A stretch of 64,000 nucleotides of DNA from Chitinophagales bacterium (lineage in GTDB: Bacteria > Bacteroidota > Bacteroidia > Chitinophagales > CAIOSU01), in the NCBI GenBank assembly GCA_033762815.1, contig JANRLF010000002.1, positions 49,792-113,791 on the forward strand. The letters are read 5' to 3'. Numbering within the stretch: the first letter of the stretch is position 1; each line of letters starts with the position of its first letter. Below, piece by piece: positions 57,129 to 64,000 of the stretch. The notes beneath the pieces are model-generated. The model made no database searches and was not told the origin of the DNA. It saw nothing but the letters and a program-made list of their open reading frames with translations. Position numbers and translations under genes: made by a program.

Positions 57129-58757
57129 ATGCCCAAAGGTTTTTTTAATGTACCGATACCCGTAAACGAGCCAGTGAAAAGTTATGCTCCAGGCTCACCA
57201 GAACGTGCCGAGCTAAAGCAAATGCTGAAGAAGTTGAAAGAGGAATCAGTAGAAGTGCCCTTGATTATTGGCGGAAAGGAGATACGTACAGGCAATAAAG
57301 AGCCCATGCGCATGCCGCATGACCACCAACATATATTGGGCTATTACCACAAAGCGGGCAAGCAAGAGGTACAAGATGCCATCAATGCCGCTTTGGCCGC
57401 CAAAAAGCAGTGGGTGGAATTGAATTGGTATGACCGTGCCGCCATCTTTTTGAAAGCCGCAGAACTATTAGCGGGCCCCAGAAGGGCATGGCTGAATGGG
57501 GTGACCATGCTCAACCAATCAAAAAATGCTTTTCAGGCGGAAATAGATGCTGCCTGCGAGTTGATAGATTTTTTCCGTTTCAATGTGCATTACATGACGG
57601 AAATCTACCAACAACAGCCTATTTCTTCCCCGGGCGTATGGAATAGAATGGAGTACCGTCCATTGGAAGGTTTTGTGGTGGCCATTACACCGTTTAATTT
57701 TACAAGCATAGGGGGCAACCTGCCCACGGCACCTGCACTGATGGGCAATACCGTGGTATGGAAGCCTGCATCTACTGCTGTATATTCTGCTTGGGTCATT
57801 ATGCAGATATTGAAGGAGGCTGGGCTGCCTGATGGGGTAATTAATTTAGTGGCCAGCGATGGCCGCACCATTGGCGATACGGTATTTTCCCACCCTGATT
57901 TTACGGGTGTCCATTTCACGGGCTCCACGGGTACTTTCAACCAAATGTGGAAGACAATAGGGGAAAACATGAGCAACTATAAAACCTATCCCCGAATTGT
58001 AGGCGAAACCGGAGGAAAGGATTTTGTGGTGGCACATCCTTCCGCCAATCCCATTGCATTGGCAACTGCCTTGTCCCGTGGGGCTTTCGAATATCAAGGG
58101 CAAAAGTGTTCTGCCGCTTCCAGGGCTTATGTGCCACAAAGCTTATGGCCTGAGGTAAGTGAACGCTTGAAAACTGATTTGAAATCGTTCAGGATGGGGC
58201 CAGTGGATGATTTCCGCAACTTTATCAATGCCGTAATTGACGAAAAATCCTTTGACAAAATCACTTCTTATATAGCCTCGGCTAAAGAAAGCGGAGAAGA
58301 AATTGTGGCAGGCGGCAATTTCGATAAGAGCAAGGGGTATTTTATAGAGCCAACCGTTATTAGGGTAAACAACCCGGGTTATGTCACTATGTGCGAGGAA
58401 TTGTTCGGTCCGGTATTGACGGTATATGTTTATGAAGACGCCAAGTTTGAAGAAACTTTGGACATTGTTAACACCACTTCTCCCTATGGTTTAACGGGAG
58501 CTTTTTTCGCCCAAGATAGATATGTTATTGAGAAGGCTGCGGATAAGCTTAAAGATGCCGCTGGCAACTTTTACATTAATGATAAGCCCACTGGGGCAGT
58601 GGTGGGCCAGCAGCCTTTTGGCGGTGCTAGGGCCTCAGGTACTAATGATAAGGCAGGTTCCTACCTTAACTTATTGCGTTGGGTTTCGGCACGTTCTATC
58701 AAAGAGACCTTTGTGCCACCAGTAGATTACCGCTATCCATTTATGGCAGAGGAATGA
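57129..58757 (+). CDS. pruA: L-glutamate gamma-semialdehyde (1-pyrroline-5-carboxylate) dehydrogenase
   Basis: Aldehyde dehydrogenase fold with the ETGGKD and GQKCSA catalytic motifs. The 542-aa size is typical of PruA. Confidence 0.9.
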   Translation: MPKGFFNVPIPVNEPVKSYAPGSPERAELKQMLKKLKEESVEVPLIIGGKEIRTGNKEPMRMPHDHQHILGYYHKAGKQEVQDAINAALAAKKQWVELNWYDRAAIFLKAAELLAGPRRAWLNGVTMLNQSKNAFQAEIDAACELIDFFRFNVHYMTEIYQQQPISSPGVWNRMEYRPLEGFVVAITPFNFTSIGGNLPTAPALMGNTVVWKPASTAVYSAWVIMQILKEAGLPDGVINLVASDGRTIGDTVFSHPDFTGVHFTGSTGTFNQMWKTIGENMSNYKTYPRIVGETGGKDFVVAHPSANPIALATALSRGAFEYQGQKCSAASRAYVPQSLWPEVSERLKTDLKSFRMGPVDDFRNFINAVIDEKSFDKITSYIASAKESGEEIVAGGNFDKSKGYFIEPTVIRVNNPGYVTMCEELFGPVLTVYVYEDAKFEETLDIVNTTSPYGLTGAFFAQDRYVIEKAADKLKDAAGNFYINDKPTGAVVGQQPFGGARASGTNDKAGSYLNLLRWVSARSIKETFVPPVDYRYPFMAEE

Positions 58758-58759
58758 TT

Positions 58760-59602
58760 ATGTCGCCTTTTACTATTGAGCAATTTGTAAAATTGGCATT
58801 GCAGGAAGATATCCGCGATGGCGACCATAGCTCTTTGGCCTGCATAGCTGCCGATAAGCAATCGAGAGCAAGGTTGTTGGTAAAAGATGAAGGTATATTG
58901 GCTGGAATTGAAGTAGCGATTGAGGTTTTCCGGCAAGTAGACACTAGTTTACAAGTAGTGGTGTTATTGCAGGATGGTACCCCTGTAAAACACGGTGATG
59001 TAGCTTTTACCGTTCATGGCAATGCCCGCTCCATTCTACAAGCCGAACGTTTGGTACTCAACATAATGCAGCGGATGAGCGGTATCGCGACGGTGACCCA
59101 CAAGTATATGGATGCTGTAAAAGGCTACCCTGCTAAAGTGCTTGACACCAGAAAAACAACCCCTTTGCTCCGCTATTTCGAAAAATGGGCCGTGCGTATT
59201 GGTGGTGGGCAAAATCACAGGTTTGGTCTGTTCGATATGATTATGATTAAGGACAACCATATTGATTTTGCGGGCGGAATAACACCTGCCATTAAGGCCG
59301 CAAACGAATACATTCGTAGTAAGCAGCTTGATTTAAAAATAGAAATAGAAGCCCGCAATTTGGATGCAGTAAAGGAAATACTGGCCATAGGCGGTGTGCA
59401 GCGCATAATGCTTGACAATTTTACCCCAGCAGCCGCAAAAGAAGCTGTTGATTTGATTGCAGGGCAATATGAAACGGAGATTTCTGGGGGCATCAATCTG
59501 GATACCATCGCTAGTTATGCAGCCAGCGGGGCTGATTACATTTCCGTAGGGGCTCTTACCCATTCGGTAAAAAGCCTTGACCTTAGCCTAAAGGCATACT
59601 GA
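58760..59602 (+). CDS. nadC: nicotinate-nucleotide diphosphorylase (carboxylating)
   Basis: ALQEDI..GD.S, RKT.P and MIKDNH motifs. The ORF-track upstream extension overlaps pruA and is unlikely; the start is at 58760, or 58754. Confidence 0.92.
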   Translation: MSPFTIEQFVKLALQEDIRDGDHSSLACIAADKQSRARLLVKDEGILAGIEVAIEVFRQVDTSLQVVVLLQDGTPVKHGDVAFTVHGNARSILQAERLVLNIMQRMSGIATVTHKYMDAVKGYPAKVLDTRKTTPLLRYFEKWAVRIGGGQNHRFGLFDMIMIKDNHIDFAGGITPAIKAANEYIRSKQLDLKIEIEARNLDAVKEILAIGGVQRIMLDNFTPAAAKEAVDLIAGQYETEISGGINLDTIASYAASGADYISVGALTHSVKSLDLSLKAY

Positions 59603-61669
59603 TTATTTAGGCTGATACACCCTTTCCGCGTTTTTCAACACGGTGGCTTTATCTAAAGGCATTTGCTTATACTCCCTATTGCAGAACATTTCCATTTGGT
59701 CGGTATAATGTGGGCTGTCCTTACGGTCAGATGCGCCATAGGCATTTACGCTGCTTATTTCAGCACCATTCTTCCCAAATCGGGCTATTTGGATGTATCC
59801 ATCGCCGCCCACTATTCTATAGATACCCTTCTTTTTGTCGTACAGCTTGGCATCTTGCGCGCGGGGCACTTCCCTTAACCCATCGGCGGGAAAGCTTTTA
59901 TCGCCACGAATGAGGCGTTGCACTTCTCCTAGCGCAATGTCAATGGTGCCGTGGGTTTTCAGCATAAATTTCTTTGCCCACCTAATAGCTTCTACCAATT
60001 CAGCTTCTTCTACCGGCTTTAAGCGAATCATCAACAGCGCAAATGGTGCATCGGCTTGCAAGCGTAAATAATCATGCACTATCATGGCTAGTGCCGCATC
60101 TTTATTATCGGCCCCACCTTGTAGGTTCCAGTGCTTTAGTTTTTGTATGGCATCGGCAATGTCAGGATATTTGGCAGTGTCCAATTCAAACATTTTTTTG
60201 AAATGCGCCATATAAGTACCGTTGGCAGAATATCCTGTATTGTACTTTACTTCCTTAAGATATGCTTCTGTAAAGGGGCCTTCCTGCTTTGATAGCAAAT
60301 ATTCAAATTGATCGCCTCTGTTGTACATAAATCGCTGCAAGCCTGGAAAGTCGCCGCTCCACTCGCACTCGTCGCCAGTACATTGCAGCGGGGTGTTATT
60401 GGCATTGAAAACATAACCGCAGTCAGGATTCTCGACATGCGGCATTTGTTTGTAGGCTAAAATGGTGTCCCATTTGTAAGCCGAAGTATTGGCCTTAATG
60501 GGCATGGTCCAGTCCAATTTTGGATTTCTCGCTGGTATTTTCCCGCCTGAATGCAACATGATATTGCCATCTGCATCAGCATAAATAATATTGAACAAGG
60601 GCACCGATTGCATGCTGATAGCTTTTTGGAAAGTGGCAAAGTCAGTAGCCTTGTTCATTTTAAACCACTGCTCCGCAGCTTTAATATCCATATAGCCCGG
60701 AAAACGGAATGCAAAATATCCCTGCTTAGTTTTTAAAACAGGACCATACTCACATACTTGATACTTTTTCTTCACCGGTATTTTTATGCCCGCCAATTTT
60801 ACTTTTAGCTTGGCCTTCTTGATGGTGAAATCTCTCCAACTGCCATCGTATTTGTATTGCTTTTTGTTAGCAGGGTTGGTTTCCAATTGATATATATCGC
60901 CAAAATTGTGATAATTGGTTGTGTGTGCCCACCCTAAGCGTTCATTGCTTCCCACAAAAATGGATATCCCTCCCGGAAACAATCCCCCAACAATGTTCCA
61001 GCCCTCTTCGCTACATAGGTGGGCTTCGTACCATGCCATCCTGCCTTCAATGGGTTGGTGGGAGTTAATGACCAAATATCCTTTTCCATCCACCATTTTT
61101 TTGGGAGCCACGGCTACAGCGTTACTGCCTACGTCATTAGGGGCATAGTATTCTTGTATCTTATTGTCCTTTACGGCTTTTAAGGCCATGCCTAGCCCAG
61201 CCATCAAGGCCGTATTCATGGTATAGCCTTTAATGATATCTTGTCCAGTAACTGGGAATGATTTTTTTCTGAGCACCTCATTGCTATGCGCAGCGGCATA
61301 AGCATTGATGCCTTGAACGTAGCCTTCCAACACTTTTCTAAATGCTGGACTCAAATCTTTTTCATAGCGGGCTTCCACTAAACTATCCACTGACAGAAAC
61401 TGCATGGCAAAGTCAAACAACACCCCGTCGGTACCTTCCACACCACCCAACATATTTTTGGCAGGCAAAAAACTGAGCTGAATATCCCTAAAATTGTCCT
61501 CACAATGTGCCCAAGCAAGCCCATAAGCCACCTCGGCATCAGTGGGTGCAAAAATATGTGGTACCCCAAAACTGTCGCGAGCTATGGTGATGCGGCTAGC
61601 ATCAATAGTTTGACCGAACGATACAAAGGGGAACAAAAAGAAAATGAGCGCAAATATAAGGGTGGGCAT
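59603..61669 (-). CDS. penicillin acylase family Ntn-hydrolase (acyl-homoserine-lactone acylase-like)
   Basis: Signal peptide from the ATG at 61669. The GSNAVAV autoprocessing/nucleophile Ser site is followed by LVINSHQP. Its stop abuts the nadC stop with no spacer. Confidence 0.85.
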   Translation of the reverse strand: MPTLIFALIFFLFPFVSFGQTIDASRITIARDSFGVPHIFAPTDAEVAYGLAWAHCEDNFRDIQLSFLPAKNMLGGVEGTDGVLFDFAMQFLSVDSLVEARYEKDLSPAFRKVLEGYVQGINAYAAAHSNEVLRKKSFPVTGQDIIKGYTMNTALMAGLGMALKAVKDNKIQEYYAPNDVGSNAVAVAPKKMVDGKGYLVINSHQPIEGRMAWYEAHLCSEEGWNIVGGLFPGGISIFVGSNERLGWAHTTNYHNFGDIYQLETNPANKKQYKYDGSWRDFTIKKAKLKVKLAGIKIPVKKKYQVCEYGPVLKTKQGYFAFRFPGYMDIKAAEQWFKMNKATDFATFQKAISMQSVPLFNIIYADADGNIMLHSGGKIPARNPKLDWTMPIKANTSAYKWDTILAYKQMPHVENPDCGYVFNANNTPLQCTGDECEWSGDFPGLQRFMYNRGDQFEYLLSKQEGPFTEAYLKEVKYNTGYSANGTYMAHFKKMFELDTAKYPDIADAIQKLKHWNLQGGADNKDAALAMIVHDYLRLQADAPFALLMIRLKPVEEAELVEAIRWAKKFMLKTHGTIDIALGEVQRLIRGDKSFPADGLREVPRAQDAKLYDKKKGIYRIVGGDGYIQIARFGKNGAEISSVNAYGASDRKDSPHYTDQMEMFCNREYKQMPLDKATVLKNAERVYQPK

Positions 61670-61849
61670 AACTGGTTTTGGTCTATTGATGCCGAAATTA
61701 AGATGCTGGTTGCTTGCAAACAAAATATGTGATAAAGGATTATTCCAATGATAGTCAAGAAAATGCAGATTTCCACGTGATAAGCAAAGTTGATAACCTA
61801 CTTTAGCTAGCTGGCTAATTCTTTATAGCTTAGCAATGAAATTGAATAT

Positions 61850-64000
61850 ATGGGCAACGATGAACAGTTTGTAGCACCCAATGGGCAGCCATCCACCCCG
61901 CAGTATAGCCAGCCAGCACCTAAGAAAAAAAGGCGATGGCTCAGGAATAGTTTGTTGATTTTGTTAGGCTTGTTCCTGTTAATCCTAACCGCAGGGGTGG
62001 TCTTTTCTTTCATTTACGGAAAAGACATTGAACAAAGGCTTGTAAAGGAGTTGAATAAAAATCTAAAGACAGAAGTACAAATCAATGGCCCAATCAATTT
62101 TTCCGTGTTTTCCTATTTTCCCAATGCCTCTCTTCAAATTGAAGATATTGTGGTAAAAGGCAGTACCGGCCAAAAAAATGATACGCTTTTGAAAGCTGGT
62201 AGTCTCTATCTGCTGATGAATATCTTCGATATCATTGACCAAAATTGGAATATCAAAAGTATTGTGCTAAAGGACGGTTCTTTGAACATGCTAAAGCTCG
62301 CCAATGGCAAAACCAACTTTGAGGTTTTTGAGGAAACCAATACCAAGGATAGCACCAATTTTTTGGTAAGCATTACTGAAGCCACTTTTGATAATATCAA
62401 TATCCGCTATCAGGACAAAGCCGCTGCCATGGATATACAGTTGGCCTTGGAGGAAGTTTCTTTGGAAGGCAATTTCAGCCCTAAAGAACTGGCCATTAAA
62501 ACAGAGGGTAGCTTTACTACACGCACTATCCAAATGAAGGGCATTGATTATGGAAAAGATAGGAAGGTGAGCCTGGCTGGCAGTTTAAAGATAAATCCAG
62601 GCAGCAATAAATACACCGTGGAGAGTGAAAACATATTTATTGCAGACAATCACTTTTCCGTCAACGGAACGGTCACTTCGCCCAAAGATATGGTGGATTT
62701 GGATTTGCGCATGAAGGGCATTGACCTTTCATTGAACGGTTTGCTTAAACTATTTCCTGAAGAGTATGCTTCTCAATGGGATGATTACGATGCATCGGGC
62801 AAAATACAATTTGACGTAAGTGTAAAGGGAGTGCTTTCCAAAAGCCAGAACCCCCAGGTGCAGATATTGTACAAGGTGGATAAAACCAATATCCGTTACG
62901 AAAAGTTATCCAAAGACATTCGCAACCTTTCCTTTGAAGGCTCTTATACCAACGGGCCTCAGCATAACCTGGCCAGTTCAAAAATCATTGTGAAGGATTT
63001 AAATGCATATCTAGGTGAACACCCCTTTTATCTGCAAATGGAGCTGCGGAATATGGAAAACCCTAACCTTAAGCTGGAATTGGACGGTAGCCTTGATTTG
63101 GCATTTGTTGACCCCTTGCTACCCGATTCGATAGGCATAGAAGATTTGGACGGCACTATTGAAGTAGATAAACTGACTTACAATGGCCTATTGAGCGACC
63201 TACAGCCCAATACCCAATCCATCCCTGACTTGAAAGGGGAGTTTATATTCAAGGATGTTTCCTTCAATTATCTTGAAAAGAAAACTTCCATTAGCAAAGG
63301 TAGTCTTAGATTGAGCCCATGGAGCATTGCCATGGACGATATCAATTTGAAAATTGCCGAAAGCGACTTAAAATTGAATGGCACCGTGCAAGATTGGAAG
63401 GGATATACTTACAATTTACTGTCTGAAACACCACAAGCATCAAAACCCATTGTATTGAGCCTTAGGGCTGAATCGGACAACCTAGCATTAGAAAACCTGC
63501 CCTTTTTTACAACGAAGCAAGAAGCAACAACCAAAAGCGGTCACAAAACTGATTTTAGCTACCTTTTGAACATGACCGGCAGCATTGGCCTAAAAGCCAA
63601 CAAACTAAGCTATGATAAGTTTGAGGCAAATACAGTAAATGGCAGCCTTACTTTCGAGCCCGGAAAATTGCAGATACAGAACATTGCCATGAAAACCATG
63701 GATGGCAATTTTCAAATGAATGGGACCTTGAGCGGTAACCAAGAGGCAGCCGAGGCTTTGCTCACTATAAGAGGGGTAAACCTAGATGTTAGCAAAATGC
63801 TGTACCAATTGAACGAATTGGGCCAAACCGAACTGACCAGTAAAAACATTAGGGGCAAATTGATTACCACCATCAAACTGCATCTGTTTTGGCATAATGG
63901 CGAATTGGATACCCAAAGGCTTTACACTTTGGCAGATATCAGGATTGAGAATGGCGCAGTTGTTGACTATGAGGCCTTGAAAAGCCTTTCCAAATTCATT
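61850..64000 (+). CDS. AsmA-family outer-membrane-biogenesis-like protein, 3-prime truncated by window edge
   Basis: Not in the ORF track because it has no stop in the window. The frame from the ATG at 61850 stays open for 717 codons to position 64000. It has an N-terminal TM anchor (LLILLGLFLLILTAGVVF) followed by a long beta-rich region resembling AsmA N-termini. Confidence 0.65.
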   Translation, partial: MGNDEQFVAPNGQPSTPQYSQPAPKKKRRWLRNSLLILLGLFLLILTAGVVFSFIYGKDIEQRLVKELNKNLKTEVQINGPINFSVFSYFPNASLQIEDIVVKGSTGQKNDTLLKAGSLYLLMNIFDIIDQNWNIKSIVLKDGSLNMLKLANGKTNFEVFEETNTKDSTNFLVSITEATFDNINIRYQDKAAAMDIQLALEEVSLEGNFSPKELAIKTEGSFTTRTIQMKGIDYGKDRKVSLAGSLKINPGSNKYTVESENIFIADNHFSVNGTVTSPKDMVDLDLRMKGIDLSLNGLLKLFPEEYASQWDDYDASGKIQFDVSVKGVLSKSQNPQVQILYKVDKTNIRYEKLSKDIRNLSFEGSYTNGPQHNLASSKIIVKDLNAYLGEHPFYLQMELRNMENPNLKLELDGSLDLAFVDPLLPDSIGIEDLDGTIEVDKLTYNGLLSDLQPNTQSIPDLKGEFIFKDVSFNYLEKKTSISKGSLRLSPWSIAMDDINLKIAESDLKLNGTVQDWKGYTYNLLSETPQASKPIVLSLRAESDNLALENLPFFTTKQEATTKSGHKTDFSYLLNMTGSIGLKANKLSYDKFEANTVNGSLTFEPGKLQIQNIAMKTMDGNFQMNGTLSGNQEAAEALLTIRGVNLDVSKMLYQLNELGQTELTSKNIRGKLITTIKLHLFWHNGELDTQRLYTLADIRIENGAVVDYEALKSLSKFI

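Overview
This window looks like a densely packed chromosomal segment of a Bacteroidota genome (Sphingobacteriia/Chitinophagia/Cytophagia-like). Supporting signs are T9SS type-A and type-B C-terminal sorting domains, a DUF1573 protein, a FISUMP-domain protein, a Y_Y_Y/beta-propeller sensor kinase, and TAnnTTTG -7 boxes. I support about 58 protein-coding genes (two cut by the window edges) and two tRNAs (His-GUG, Val-GAC). I also call a few rho-independent terminators and several coding and non-coding repeats. Most genes are housekeeping: sucC, pfkA, pyrC, pruA, nadC, accC, miaA, lpxK, menF, PNP, Hsp20, a copper P-type ATPase and a CDF transporter. I found no rRNA, CRISPR array, transposase, integrase, prophage or recognisable defence gene, so I cannot claim a clear novel system. 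Six things deserve a second look. (1) A lipoprotein beta-helix plus diheme cytochrome c pair (29.9-32.2 kb) has a paralogous beta-helix copy at the window start. (2) Directly downstream is a tight four-gene operon (32.3-35.2 kb): SAF-less NeuB-like synthase, membrane di-iron hydroxylase, SMR transporter and a secreted protein. (3) The 1.26-1.82 kb divergent spacer is hairpin-rich with two C(UUCG)G tetraloops and may encode a structured RNA. (4) A collagen-like, glycine-rich surface protein heads a three-gene unit (1.8-5.2 kb), and its Gly-rich module recurs in a 1723-aa T9SS type-B adhesin. (5) That adhesin contains eight Ig-like modules organised as a 492-nt super-repeat. (6) Two unusually long convergent spacers with short repeats and palindromes flank a MerR/aldo-keto-reductase pair. 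All family assignments come from reading motifs by eye and recalling family signatures; no database search was run.
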